Of a stretch of 60,962 nt of DNA, positions 39,352 to 49,885 are shown in pieces. Origin of the DNA: Clostridia bacterium (GTDB lineage Bacteria > Bacillota > Clostridia > Christensenellales > DTU072); assembly GCA_017476265.1 (NCBI GenBank), contig JAFVAC010000033.1, positions 1-60,962 on the forward strand. Reading direction: 5' to 3'. The notes under the pieces are model-generated. The model searched no databases, had not been told where the DNA came from, and saw nothing but the letters and a program-made list of their open reading frames with translations. The number at the start of each line of letters is the position of its first letter. The first letter of the stretch is position 1. The position numbers and the translations under genes were made by a program.

Positions 39352-40871
39352 GTACCGCCTTTCGTTATGTAGCCGATCGGATCCTGCCCGACCGAGAAAA
39401 GATCTTTTATCGTGGTCAGAGCGTCAGCGGACAAGAGTTTATGCAAAGCACGTCCGACCTTGCGGCGTATCTTGCCAGCGCGGGCGTAAAGCGCGGAGAC
39501 CGCGTGACCATCGCCTTGCCCAATATTCCGCAGGCGATCGTCGCTCTGTACGCCGCCGAGTCCATCGGCGCGATCGTCAATCTCGTTTCGCCGAAATTGG
39601 GACAAGACAGCCTGAAAGAGGCGATCGGGGAGACCAAAGTACTGTTTTTGTTGCCCAACTTAAAAAAGAAAGTCAAAGACGTCTCCGCCGTCAAGATCTA
39701 TTGCGGTCTGACCGAATACGGGCGGAGCAGGTTTTTCTTTTTGTTGTCGCCGTTTTTGCCGTCCACTTATACGCAAGCGCTCGGCGCGGGAAAGTGCCTC
39801 CCCCGACCGCAAGGGTACGGCGAGGGAGACGGGACGAGTCCGGCGTTTTTGCTCCATTCCGCCGGGACGGCAGGAGAGCCGAAGACGGTCGTATTGTCCG
39901 GCGAGGCGTTAAACAATCTCGTGGACGACGTTATGACCGCCGTAAGAGGCGTCACCGACGCCGACCCGGAGATGGGGATGCTGGCGGCTTTGCCTCTTTT
40001 TCACGGCTTTGGTCTGGGGATCGGGATCCACCTTGCGATGAGTCGGATACGCTGTCTGCCCATGCCGCGTTTTTCGGCAAAGAAAGCTGTGTCTATCATG
40101 AAAAGAACGCGCGTGAGCGTCCTTGCCGGCGTGCCGTCTATGTTCCGCAAATTGAGTAAAGAGGAGCGGTTTTCGGGGGATTTCATTAAAAACCTCGACC
40201 TGATCTTTTGCGGCGGGGATCGTTTGGGCAAAAACGTCAAAGATGCCTTCGAGTCGATATTGCAAAAGAACGGTTGTTTTACCCCCATTATGGAAGGGTA
40301 TGGCATGAGCGAGACGGCAGGCGTCGTCACGATTAACGTTGCCCGTCCGAACAATTCTTCCGTCGGACAGCCTCTCCCGGGCGCGGAGATCCGCGTGCGC
40401 GACGGCGAGATATTGTTGCGGGCAAGGTCCATGATGATGGGATATCTGGAGAGCGACGGACGGATCGTCTGCCCGATCGAAGAGCTCGACGGCAAGGAGT
40501 ACTTTCCGACGGGGGATATGGGCTTTTTGCAGGACGGAGACTTGTACTTTCTTGACAGAAAAAAGAGGACGATCAAGATCGGCGGGAACAACGTCTTCCC
40601 CGGACAGGTGGAGCAGATCGCCGCAAAAGACCCCTCCGTTCGGGATGCGGTCGCGGTCAGGATCGTGTATGAAGATAAGCCCGCGATAAAGCTGCTCGTT
40701 GTGGCGGAGACCGACGACAAAAAAGGGTTGACCGAGAGACTGAACAAGTCCATCGAAAGGTCACTGTCGCGCTACGCCGTGCCGCGTGTCGTCGAGTATA
40801 CGGACCGGATCAAAAAGACCTCTTTTGGCAAGTCGGACTATCGCTTTTACGAAAAGGGTTCCGATCGGTGA
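39348..40871 (+). CDS. AMP-binding acyl-CoA ligase-like protein
   Basis: HSAGTAGEPK, EGYGMSE, TGD, DRKKRTIKIGGNNVFP. Confidence 0.88.
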   Translation: MSTAFRYVADRILPDREKIFYRGQSVSGQEFMQSTSDLAAYLASAGVKRGDRVTIALPNIPQAIVALYAAESIGAIVNLVSPKLGQDSLKEAIGETKVLFLLPNLKKKVKDVSAVKIYCGLTEYGRSRFFFLLSPFLPSTYTQALGAGKCLPRPQGYGEGDGTSPAFLLHSAGTAGEPKTVVLSGEALNNLVDDVMTAVRGVTDADPEMGMLAALPLFHGFGLGIGIHLAMSRIRCLPMPRFSAKKAVSIMKRTRVSVLAGVPSMFRKLSKEERFSGDFIKNLDLIFCGGDRLGKNVKDAFESILQKNGCFTPIMEGYGMSETAGVVTINVARPNNSSVGQPLPGAEIRVRDGEILLRARSMMMGYLESDGRIVCPIEELDGKEYFPTGDMGFLQDGDLYFLDRKKRTIKIGGNNVFPGQVEQIAAKDPSVRDAVAVRIVYEDKPAIKLLVVAETDDKKGLTERLNKSIERSLSRYAVPRVVEYTDRIKKTSFGKSDYRFYEKGSDR

Positions 40872-40932
40872 CAATAAAAAACTCCTTCGATACAGGGGCG
40901 AAGGAGTTCGTTTTTTCAGGGGATCGATCGGA

Positions 40933-41538
40933 TTATCCGACCTTTTGAAGCAGTCCGAGCAAAATCTTCTCGACGTATCCGCGCATTTTGTCGTAGTCGA
41001 TATAGGCGTGCTTGTCGTATACGAATTCATGACAGAAGGACTGGATGAGATTCATAGACAGGTGTACTTTCTCCCGCAGTCCGTCCGGGGCATAGCCGAT
41101 TGCGGTCAACTTTTCAAAGAACTGTTCGGTTACGTCGCTCTCCAGCGCCATAAATTTGGCGTTGACCGCCTCGTCGGTGTGCGTGAGCGAGTGTAGCGCC
41201 TCGTGCATCTTCGCATTCTTTTTGTGTGCCTTGATGGCGCCGTCCAATACGGAGACGACGAGAGCCTCGCGGTCGGATATCTTGTCCACCGAGTCCAGCA
41301 TCTTCAGAATGGGGGCGTAGACTTTTTTGAGATAGACTTCGCTCACGTCGAGCAGGATATCCCTCTTGTCCTTGAAGTACCCGTACACGATGCCGGTGGA
41401 CACGCCGGCTTCTTTGGCGATCTCCGCCGTATTGGTGGAGTAGTACCCCACTTCGGAAAACTGTTTGTAGGCGGCGGCTATGATCTTCTTTTTTGTCTCG
41501 ATGGATCGTTTTTGTTTCGGTTCTCGAATCTCGGGCAT
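40933..41538 (-). CDS. TetR/AcrR-family regulator
   Basis: PKQKRS..TKKKII..GYYSTNTAEIAKEAGVSTGIVYGYFKDK; RBS AGAGG before MPEIR. Confidence 0.93.
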   Translation of the reverse strand: MPEIREPKQKRSIETKKKIIAAAYKQFSEVGYYSTNTAEIAKEAGVSTGIVYGYFKDKRDILLDVSEVYLKKVYAPILKMLDSVDKISDREALVVSVLDGAIKAHKKNAKMHEALHSLTHTDEAVNAKFMALESDVTEQFFEKLTAIGYAPDGLREKVHLSMNLIQSFCHEFVYDKHAYIDYDKMRGYVEKILLGLLQKVG

Positions 41539-41793
41539 ATTGTCTACCTCTTTGCCTGCGCGGGCGATATATTTGTTTTTATGTATTTTTACATTATAGT
41601 ATAACCGTCGGAAAAAAGCAATTCCTATTTTTTTCGCTTTTTGCAAGCGCAAAGAAAAGCCCCGATAAAAATAAGTTTATCCTCCACATCACCCGCGTTA
41701 ACTTGACAGGCGGGGAGAAAGATAAGTATAATGAATCCGATCACAAAAGGGTCCGTGCGGGAAGGGTCCCCCGCCGGGCGGAGGAGAGAAGAT

Positions 41794-42009
41794 ATGCCTA
41801 TCGTCATGGCACCGCTCAATACCGACGTCACCGTCGTCAAGATCATGACCGAAGAGAAGACGAAAAAACACTTGGAAAACCTCGGCATCACCATCGACTC
41901 CAAGGTCCGCGTCCTGTCTGAGGAGGGCGGGAGCGTCATCCTGCTCGTCAAAGACGGGAGACTGGCGTTGGACAAGACGATGGCGACGAAAATTTTCGTC
42001 CGCATATAG
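41794..42009 (+). CDS. feoA: Ferrous iron transport protein A
   Basis: MPIVMA..HLENLG..VKDGRLAL..MATKIFV. Confidence 0.88.
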   Translation: MPIVMAPLNTDVTVVKIMTEEKTKKHLENLGITIDSKVRVLSEEGGSVILLVKDGRLALDKTMATKIFVRI

Positions 42010-42061
42010 GGGCTATCCCGACGTAAGACAAGCCGCTTCGCGCGGGAAAAAGGAGAAAGAT

Positions 42062-42295
42062 ATGGAAAAGAAACTGAACGAGTTCTCGGTAGGGGAGTCC
42101 GGCGTCATCAAAGCGGTCGTCGGAGAAGGAAAAATTCGCCGTCGCCTTTTTGATATGGGCGTCACGCCCGGCGCGGAAGTGTATCTGCGAAAGGTCGCGC
42201 CTTTGGGCGATCCGATAGAGGTCACGATCCGCGGGTACGAACTCACTTTGCGCAGGACCGAGGCGGAAGCGGTCGTTATGGAGATCAAACAATGA
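42062..42295 (+). CDS. feoA: Ferrous iron transport protein A (second copy)
   Basis: RRRLFDMGVTPG..APLGDPIEVTIRGYELTLR. Confidence 0.95.
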   Translation: MEKKLNEFSVGESGVIKAVVGEGKIRRRLFDMGVTPGAEVYLRKVAPLGDPIEVTIRGYELTLRRTEAEAVVMEIKQ

Positions 42296-44616
42296 AAAAG
42301 TTTGCTTTAGCCGGCAATCCGAACTGCGGCAAGACCACCCTTTTTAACAATCTGACCGGATCGACCGCACACGTCGGCAACTGGCCCGGCGTCACCGTGG
42401 ACAAACGAGAGGGGACGTATAAAAAACTGAACGAGCCCATTTCCATCGTCGATCTACCCGGGATCTATTCCCTTTCGCCGTACACGCCGGAAGAAGTCAT
42501 CTCCCGTAATTTTATTCTGGATGAAAAGCCGGACTGCGTCATCAACATCATCGACGCGACTAACCTGGAGCGGAACCTGTATCTGACCACGCAGATCATG
42601 GAGATCGACGTGCCGGTCGTGATCGCCCTCAACATGATGGACGAAGTGGAAAAGAACGGGGACAAGATCGACGTGGACCAACTGTCCAAGAAGATCGGAC
42701 TGCCGGTCGTAGCCATCTCCGCCCTGAAAGAGAAAGGGCTGGACGAATTGATGAAACAGGCTTATGCCGCTTCCTTGTCGAAGAGGGAGGGCGCGACGGT
42801 TTTGGAAGGCACCAAACTGATGCACCTCATTAACGACTGCAAGATCGGCTTGAAGCACAGCGGCGTGGACAACGCCCTCTTCCACGCGGTCAAACTGGCG
42901 GAACTGGACGAACTGGAAGTGGCGGCGCACCCCGATTCCGCCAAGATGGTGGAAGAATTCAAGGCGACGTTCAAAGACGACGTGTTCGGCGCCGACTTCG
43001 AGGCGATCGTCGCGGACGCCCGCTATAAGTACATCTCCAAAAACTACTCGCACGCTCTGACCAAAAGGGACAAAGGCAAGGACAAAGTCACCAAGTCCGA
43101 CAAGGCGGACAAAGTGTTGACGCACAGGATTTGGGGTATCCCCATCTTTTTGGTGATATTGTTTTTTGTGTTCCATCTGACTTTCTCGGAGGACTTGTTC
43201 TATCTCGGCAAGATGGGAGTCTTCGACAAGGCGGAGGAAGAAGCGGTACAAGAGGAGGAAGTGGAGTACGACTCCGCCATAGAGGAGTTCTGCGACGGGG
43301 TGACAGTTGAGAGCTTCTTCGGACTGGAAGAAGGGTTTTACAGCCCCGGCGTCTTTTTGCAGAGCACGCTGGGAGTCTTCACAGACCTTATCGGCGCGTG
43401 CCTTTCTCAAGCGTTGGCAAACGCCGCTCCGTGGGTCAGCGGTATCATCGTAGACGGTATTTGGGCGGGGCTTGCTTCGGTGTTGTCCTTCCTGCCGCAG
43501 ATCCTATTACTGTTCCTGTTCTTCTCCATTCTGGAAGACAGCGGGTATATGGCGCGCGTTGCTTTCATTCTGGACAGGATTTTCCGTAGATTCGGTCTGT
43601 CGGGCAGAGCGTTTATGCCGATGATCATGGGCTTCGGGTGCAGTATTCCCGCTATGATCAATACTCGTACCCTCGCCGATCAGAACGAGCGCACCGCGAC
43701 CATCCGCGTCATACCGTTCTTCTCCTGCGGGGCAAAACTCCCGATCCTGACTGCCATCGCCGGCGGTATCGTGACGCTCTTGGGGATGGGAAACGCCGAC
43801 CTTATTACCTACGGGATGTATTTGCTCGGCGTGGTAGTCGCCATCGCGGCGGTCATTCTGATGCGCTCCACCACGATGCGCGGAGAGGTGCCACCCTTTA
43901 TTATGGAACTCCCGGCTTATCACGCGCCGCAGTTCAAGAACTTGATGCTCCACCTGTGGGACAAGACAAAACACTTTATCAAAAAGGCGTTTACCATCAT
44001 CTTGGCGTCCACCATCTTCATCTGGTTCGTCAGCCACTTCAGTTGGAACTGGCAATATCTGGAAGACGAACAGATCAACAACAGTATTCTTGCCGGTATC
44101 GGCGGACTGATACAGCCCCTCTTTACACCGCTCGGATTCGGTAGTCAGCTCGGGATTAACGGTTGGGTCTTCGTCGTAGCGGCGGTCACCGGACTGATCG
44201 CAAAAGAAAACGTCATTGCGACCTTCGGGACCTTGGGCGCTTGCTTAGCGGGGGCGGTGATCGACGTCGAAGTGGACGGAGGTATAGCCGCTGTGTCGGC
44301 GATGATCGCCGGGACCGGGATCCATGTGCCGGGGCTGCTCGCCTTCATCGCGTTCAATATGTTGACCATTCCTTGCTTTGCCGCGGTAGCGACTGCCAAA
44401 GCCGAACTTCCGAACAAGAAGTCCTTCCGGATGACGCTCCTGTTCTGGGTGGTGACGTCGTACCTTGTCTCCTGTATGATCTATCTGATCGGGACCTGGT
44501 GGTGGACGGTGTTCATCTTTGCGGCGCTGTGGGCGGCTGCGATCACTTGTATCGTCCTCTATAATAAGGGAAAGATCGACTTCAACAAACTGAAGATCGC
44601 AAAAAAGAAGGAGTAA
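42292..44616 (+). CDS. feoB: Ferrous iron transport protein B
   Basis: GNPNCGKTT, GNWPGVTV, DLPGIYSL, LEDSGYMAR, GFGC, AKENV. Confidence 0.96.
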   Translation: MKKFALAGNPNCGKTTLFNNLTGSTAHVGNWPGVTVDKREGTYKKLNEPISIVDLPGIYSLSPYTPEEVISRNFILDEKPDCVINIIDATNLERNLYLTTQIMEIDVPVVIALNMMDEVEKNGDKIDVDQLSKKIGLPVVAISALKEKGLDELMKQAYAASLSKREGATVLEGTKLMHLINDCKIGLKHSGVDNALFHAVKLAELDELEVAAHPDSAKMVEEFKATFKDDVFGADFEAIVADARYKYISKNYSHALTKRDKGKDKVTKSDKADKVLTHRIWGIPIFLVILFFVFHLTFSEDLFYLGKMGVFDKAEEEAVQEEEVEYDSAIEEFCDGVTVESFFGLEEGFYSPGVFLQSTLGVFTDLIGACLSQALANAAPWVSGIIVDGIWAGLASVLSFLPQILLLFLFFSILEDSGYMARVAFILDRIFRRFGLSGRAFMPMIMGFGCSIPAMINTRTLADQNERTATIRVIPFFSCGAKLPILTAIAGGIVTLLGMGNADLITYGMYLLGVVVAIAAVILMRSTTMRGEVPPFIMELPAYHAPQFKNLMLHLWDKTKHFIKKAFTIILASTIFIWFVSHFSWNWQYLEDEQINNSILAGIGGLIQPLFTPLGFGSQLGINGWVFVVAAVTGLIAKENVIATFGTLGACLAGAVIDVEVDGGIAAVSAMIAGTGIHVPGLLAFIAFNMLTIPCFAAVATAKAELPNKKSFRMTLLFWVVTSYLVSCMIYLIGTWWWTVFIFAALWAAAITCIVLYNKGKIDFNKLKIAKKKE

Positions 44617-44619
44617 GAA

Positions 44620-44811
44620 GTGGGCGCTCTTGAAATCATCGTCATAATAGCATGCGTAGGCGTAGTCGTCGGCGTCATCGTCGGTACGATCGTCAAACGC
44701 GTCCGCAATAAGAAAAAGGGCGTCGTCGGTTGCGACTGCGGTTGCGGCTGCGGCGGCTACTGCCCCGCCTGCCAAAAGACGCGGATGCCGGAGAAAAAGA
44801 CGGACGACTGA
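44620..44811 (+). CDS. FeoB-associated Cys-rich small membrane protein
   Basis: TM followed by GCDCGCGCGGYCPAC; RBS AGGAG, GTG start. Confidence 0.85.
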   Translation: MGALEIIVIIACVGVVVGVIVGTIVKRVRNKKKGVVGCDCGCGCGGYCPACQKTRMPEKKTDD

Positions 44812-45021
44812 TCGGGGCGCGTCAAAAAAAGATCGTCCATGTTTGCTTTGCGACCGATAGCAAAGCAAAATAAATAATTCTTTTCAAAACCGGGCTAACC
44901 ATGAACGATTCGTGGTTAGCCTTTTTTTCAGGTAAAACTAGAATCCGCTCAAGTAACCGGTTATTGTAGAGTTTTAATACTTGGCGTGTAATGTAGTCAT
45001 GAAAAAAGGAGGTAGCCAAGA

Positions 45022-45528
45022 ATGGACAATTTGAAAATAGGAAATTATATTAAAGAATTAAGGATCAAAAACAATTTGATGCAAACGGAATTAGCCGATC
45101 AATTATGCATTAGCTTCCAAGCCGTTTCTAAGTGGGAATTAGGTGAAACAGTGCCCGATACAGCCATATTATTGGGCATTAAGCACTAGTGTTGATTAAT
45201 ACTTAACGGTGGCGTATTTGTTAATAATACAAGATAATTTATATCGGTAAGAGACATCATTATAGGCTTTGAACACTTAAAAGACGTGAAACGGTGTTTT
45301 GGTGAAGAAAGTTTATTATATAAAGGAATGATAAATGGAATCAACAAAGAAATGAATTTTGATTTTGAAGAAGGAATGGATAAGTATCCTGACGTTATGT
45401 ATACGGAAGTCACATTGCAAGCGATGATAAACGAAAACAAAATTGTGAATATGAATGAGGTCAAAACATATATCAAAAGCCCCAAGATGATCGATATAAT
45501 CAGCAATAAAATGAATTTATTACAATAA
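45022..45528 (+). pseudogene. Frameshifted XRE-family HTH regulator in an AT-rich insert
   Basis: RBS AGGAGG; MDNLKIGNYIKELR..QTELADQLCISFQAVSKWELGETVPD, stop at 45189; coding-like sequence continues in other frames to 45528. Confidence 0.75.
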
Positions 45529-45592
45529 AAAACGGTATTTACTTCGATAATAAATCAAAGTATTCATACCGATTCGGAACAATTGATACATT

Positions 45593-45620
45593 AAAAATCG
45601 CGCGATAGGCGCGATTTTTT
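45593..45620. terminator. Bidirectional terminator
   Basis: AAAAATCGCGC-GATAG-GCGCGATTTTTT between convergent genes. Confidence 0.75.
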
Positions 45621-45633
45621 GATATGTCGGAAA

Positions 45634-46440
45634 TTATAATTTCAAAAAAGATACTGCGTTTTTGTAGAGGATCTTTTCTTGCGTGGCGTCGTCGAGGTCG
45701 AGTTTTGCAAAGCGGGCGAGTTCTTGCTCGTGGGCGAACAGGGGATAGTCCGTGCCGAAGAAAAAGCGGTCGGCGCCGAACTTTTCGATCAACCGTTCCG
45801 GCTCTCCTTTGGCGATCTTGAAGAGGGTGCTACAGGTATCGAACCACACGTTTTGGGTGTCCGAATAGCCATCCAGACTGTCCCAACAGGAGTATCCGCC
45901 GAAATGGGCGGCAATAAATCTGACCGTGGGAAAACGCTTCGCCGTGGCGACCATCTTTTCGGGGCGGGAGTTTTCGTAGCGGTCGTCGCCGGTGTGCATA
46001 AGAATGGGCATATCGTAGTCGGCGCAGGAGGCGTAGATCTTGTCCATCACCGGGTCGTCGATCAAAAAGTGCTGACAGTCGGGGTGGAGTTTTATCCCGC
46101 GGATCCCCATCGACTTGGCGCGCTCGACTTCCGCGGTCACCTCTTTGGCGGTCATAGCAAAGTGCAACGTGCCGAATCCGATAAATTCCGGATGGAGACG
46201 GATCTGTTCGGCGATGAAATCGTTTATATTTCCGACCTGTTCGACCTTGGTCGCCGTGGAGTGGACGAGAAAGCGTTCGACTCCTACCTTCTTGCCTAAA
46301 GCGAGCAGAGTCTCCGGCGTGCCGTCGGTCTTTTCCACCGCGTCGATTCCGTAAAAAGCCTCTATACTGTGCATCGCCTTCAGCGCGATCTTCGCCGGAT
46401 AGATGTGCGCATGCATATCGATCTTTTTTCCGTCGTACAT
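45634..46440 (-). CDS. Amidohydrolase_2-family metal hydrolase
   Basis: IDMHAH, GIKLHPD, LMHTG, AAHFGG, FGTDYP. Confidence 0.9.
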   Translation of the reverse strand: MYDGKKIDMHAHIYPAKIALKAMHSIEAFYGIDAVEKTDGTPETLLALGKKVGVERFLVHSTATKVEQVGNINDFIAEQIRLHPEFIGFGTLHFAMTAKEVTAEVERAKSMGIRGIKLHPDCQHFLIDDPVMDKIYASCADYDMPILMHTGDDRYENSRPEKMVATAKRFPTVRFIAAHFGGYSCWDSLDGYSDTQNVWFDTCSTLFKIAKGEPERLIEKFGADRFFFGTDYPLFAHEQELARFAKLDLDDATQEKILYKNAVSFLKL

Positions 46441-46632
46441 AGGTCCCTCCCTTGTCTCTTCTCAAAAAAATTGTAGTCTATTTTTCGACGAATGTCAAAC
46501 GAAAGCGTCAGACGCGCTTTGCTTTTCGGGGGTGCTTGCACGCCCGGACGTTTCGTAGTACAATGATACCGTTAATACAAATTTAAGTTACTTGCGGTAA
46601 GATAGGCACAAACAGTATTCAAAGGAGCCGGC

Positions 46633-47304
46633 ATGAACGTATTGTTAATCGAGGATGAACGGAAGCTTTCCGAGGCGTTGACGCATATCCTGAAGCAGGA
46701 GAAGTACGTCGTTGACGCGGTCTACGACGGGGAGAGCGGCTATGAGTACGGGCTGAGCGACCGATACGACGTGATCATTTTGGACGTGATGCTGCCGAAA
46801 TTGAACGGATTCGAGGTGCTAAAACGCCTCCGGGAGGAGAAAGTCACCACGCCCGTTTTGGTCCTGACGGCGCGGAGCGACGTGTCCGACCGCGTAAAGG
46901 GGCTGGACATGGGCGCCGACGACTATCTCGCCAAGCCCTTTTCCACGCCCGAACTTCTCGCCCGGATCCGCGCCCTGTTACGGCGCAAGACCAACGTCCT
47001 CAACGAGAACGTGCGCACCTTCGGCGATCTGGAGTACAACGTCTCCGCTTATGAGCTTCGCTGTCGGGACAAGAAAGTAAAAGTGATGCTAAAAGAGAGC
47101 GAGCTGTTGATCTATCTGCTGGAGCGGCCGAGTTTTGTCGTGACAAAGGACGAACTCATCATCAAACTCTGGGGATACGACTCCGACGCCGAGTACAACA
47201 ATATCGAGGTATACGTCTCTTTCTTGCGGAGAAAACTGGAGTATCTTGCCTCTTCTGTCAAGATCGTCACCGTCCGAGGCGTGGGGTATAAGCTGGAGGC
47301 TTGA
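46633..47304 (+). CDS. OmpR-family response regulator
   Basis: LLIEDE, LDVMLP, GADDYLAKPF, TVRGVGYKL. Confidence 0.95.
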   Translation: MNVLLIEDERKLSEALTHILKQEKYVVDAVYDGESGYEYGLSDRYDVIILDVMLPKLNGFEVLKRLREEKVTTPVLVLTARSDVSDRVKGLDMGADDYLAKPFSTPELLARIRALLRRKTNVLNENVRTFGDLEYNVSAYELRCRDKKVKVMLKESELLIYLLERPSFVVTKDELIIKLWGYDSDAEYNNIEVYVSFLRRKLEYLASSVKIVTVRGVGYKLEA

Positions 47305-48533
47305 TGTTTGAAAAACTGAGAGGGAAAGTCGCGCTGAAACAGAGCCTTGCGCTGGGGCTCCTTTTGTGGTTTCTGCTCGGGACCGTCTTTGCCTATAACG
47401 TGTTTTCGTTATTGACGCAGATAGACAACAAACTCAACGAACTTTCGTACGCCTCTTACGCAAGACTGACGTTCAAAGTCTCGAAAGAAGAGGACGACAG
47501 GGACACGATATGCGTTTTCGTCGCAAAAGACGGCACAAGGACGTTCAGCGACCCGGATTTTTATGACGAAAAGACCCTGAACGAGGTGGTGGACTATATG
47601 GTCGCCAACCCGAAACAAAACGGCAGACTTGTCATAAGCGGCAGGAGGATAGCCTACGTCGTCGAGGTCAATAACGACAATTATATCTGCGGAGTCTTCG
47701 ACTATACGAAGGAATATTCCGCCCTCAGAAAGTTGGCGATGCTCCTCATCGTCGTCGGGGCGGTGGGACTGGTCTTGATCGGATTCTTTTCCGCCAATTC
47801 TGCCAAGCGACAGATCGCTCCGGTCGAGGACGCCTTTGAAAAGCAAAAAGACCTGGTCGCCAACGCTTCACACGAATTGAAGACGCCCCTGACCGTCATC
47901 AACGCCAACTTGGAGATACTCAAGTCGGACAGGGATAAGATACCCGAAGAGGAGTATAAGTGGCTGGAAGGGATCTCTGAACAGGTCACGCGAATGAAAT
48001 TGATGGTGGAGGAAATGCTCGAACTGGCAAAACTGGAGTCCGGGCTCAAACAAGAGGTCAAGGTCCCGGTCAATCTATCCGAAGTGGTCGAAGAGGTCGT
48101 TTTGGGGTCCGAAGCGCTTGCTTTTGAGCATACGATCTCAATGAATTCGGAGATAGAAAAGGACCAATATATCATGGGGGTCGGCGCGCAGATAGAAAAG
48201 CTCGCGTATATTTTGGTGGAGAACGCGCTCAAGTACACGCCGGAGGGCGGAGTCGTGGACGTCGTGGTCAAGTCGGACCGCCGCAAAGTCTTTGTCCGCG
48301 TCAAAAACACGGGCGACGGAATACCGAAAGAGGACATCCCGAAGATATTCGACCGCTTTTATCGGACCGACGAGTCCCATCATGCGCCCGACGGTTTTGG
48401 ACTGGGACTGGCGATCGCCAAGTCCATCGCGGACGCGCACGGCGCGGAGATCTCGGTCAACAGCGAGGTGGGAAAATATACCGAATTCGTCGTGTGCTTT
48501 GCCAGGGGAAGGGCAAAAGGCGAAGGGATATAA
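47301..48533 (+). CDS. Sensor histidine kinase
   Basis: Two TM; ASHELKTPL, ENALKY, FDRFYR, GFGLGLAI. Confidence 0.95.
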   Translation: MMFEKLRGKVALKQSLALGLLLWFLLGTVFAYNVFSLLTQIDNKLNELSYASYARLTFKVSKEEDDRDTICVFVAKDGTRTFSDPDFYDEKTLNEVVDYMVANPKQNGRLVISGRRIAYVVEVNNDNYICGVFDYTKEYSALRKLAMLLIVVGAVGLVLIGFFSANSAKRQIAPVEDAFEKQKDLVANASHELKTPLTVINANLEILKSDRDKIPEEEYKWLEGISEQVTRMKLMVEEMLELAKLESGLKQEVKVPVNLSEVVEEVVLGSEALAFEHTISMNSEIEKDQYIMGVGAQIEKLAYILVENALKYTPEGGVVDVVVKSDRRKVFVRVKNTGDGIPKEDIPKIFDRFYRTDESHHAPDGFGLGLAIAKSIADAHGAEISVNSEVGKYTEFVVCFARGRAKGEGI

Positions 48534-48608
48534 TCGGACTTCCCCAAATATCGAAAAAGAGCAAAAAGAAAAAGGGCGTCGCGCCCTTTTTTGCGTTATC
48601 CATTTTGA

Positions 48609-49610
48609 CTAAAGCAGCTCTACGCCGGCGTTTTTGCAGGTCTTGACGGTGTCGTCGTCCCAGACCGAGCATTGGACTTCGCCGATGTGCGCCTTGTTGA
48701 GAAGCAGCATACAGAGTCTCGACTGCCCGATGCCGCCACCCATCGTGAGAGGCAATTCGCCCGAAAGAAGCGCTTTGTGGAAGGGCAGAGACTTCCGTTC
48801 GGGACAGCCCGCTTCTTCCAGCTGGGAGAGCATGGACTTTTCGTCCACGCGGATCCCCATCGAGGAGATCTCGAAGGCGCAGTCGAGGACGTCGTTATAG
48901 AACATGATATCGCCGTTGAGCGACCAGTCGTCGTAGTCGGGGGCGCGCCCGTCGTGCTTTTTGCCGGACTTTAGTTTGCCGCCGATCTGCATAATAAAGG
49001 CGGTGCGGTGTTCTTTGACGAAGGCGTTTTCGCGGTCTTTGGCGCTGAGGTCGGGGTAGAGATCTTCCAGTTCCTGCGTGGTCACGAAGGTGACTTCACG
49101 AGTCAGGTTGCTGTCGATATTGTAGCGCTCTTGGATGGCGTAAGCGGTGTCGCAGATGGCGCCGACGATGGCTTGCACCGTGGTCTTCAGGTGCTCGAGG
49201 TCCCTGGTCTCTCTTGTGATCACCTTTTCCCAGTCCCATTGATCGACGTAGACGGAGTGCAGATTGTCGAGGTCCTCGTCGCGGCGGATGGCGTTCATGT
49301 CCACATAGAGTCCGCTACCGGGCAAAAAGCCGTATTTGCCGAGAGCGTACCGCTTCCACTTAGCGAGGGAGTGGACCACTTCGGCATAGGTCCCGGTGGC
49401 TTTTATGTCGAATGATACGGGACGCTCCACGCCGTTGAGATTGTCGTTGAGTCCGCTCTCTTTGTCGACGAAGAGCGGTCCGGACACGCGCATAAGATTG
49501 AGAGAAAAGGCGAGTTTTTTCTGAAAGGTCGCCTTGATAAAAGCGATGGCTTCCTGCGTCTCGTACAAGGTCAAAGCGGACTTGTAGCCGTCCGGAATGA
49601 TGGTCTTCAT
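48609..49610 (-). CDS. asnA: Aspartate-ammonia ligase
   Basis: LNDNLNG, VHSLAKWKR, VDQWDWE, RAPDYDDW, GGGIGQSR. Confidence 0.96.
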   Translation of the reverse strand: MKTIIPDGYKSALTLYETQEAIAFIKATFQKKLAFSLNLMRVSGPLFVDKESGLNDNLNGVERPVSFDIKATGTYAEVVHSLAKWKRYALGKYGFLPGSGLYVDMNAIRRDEDLDNLHSVYVDQWDWEKVITRETRDLEHLKTTVQAIVGAICDTAYAIQERYNIDSNLTREVTFVTTQELEDLYPDLSAKDRENAFVKEHRTAFIMQIGGKLKSGKKHDGRAPDYDDWSLNGDIMFYNDVLDCAFEISSMGIRVDEKSMLSQLEEAGCPERKSLPFHKALLSGELPLTMGGGIGQSRLCMLLLNKAHIGEVQCSVWDDDTVKTCKNAGVELL

Positions 49611-49885
49611 GCATGTGCCTCCGAAAGGAAATATCTTGTTTATTATATACCGCGGACGGACCGATTAGCAAATGAAAGAGGGGACTTTATCGCAATGAAG
49701 CAAAAAGTTTTTGTCATCTTACGGTCGGAAAGGGCTCCGAAGACAAAAATACGCTGTCTACTATTGACAATCGTATCAATTAAGAGTATACTATTTTACT
49801 GGTATACTATGTTGTTTAATGAGGTATGCGAACGGCTCACTAAGCAGTATAATTATATTAATCTAATAACTTAGGAGGTTAACAC

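Noticed and set aside
45186-45506. 106-aa hydrophobic minus-strand ORF in the AT-rich insert
   Set aside because: Antisense shadow of the XRE pseudogene's 3' part; hydrophobicity follows from T-rich codons.
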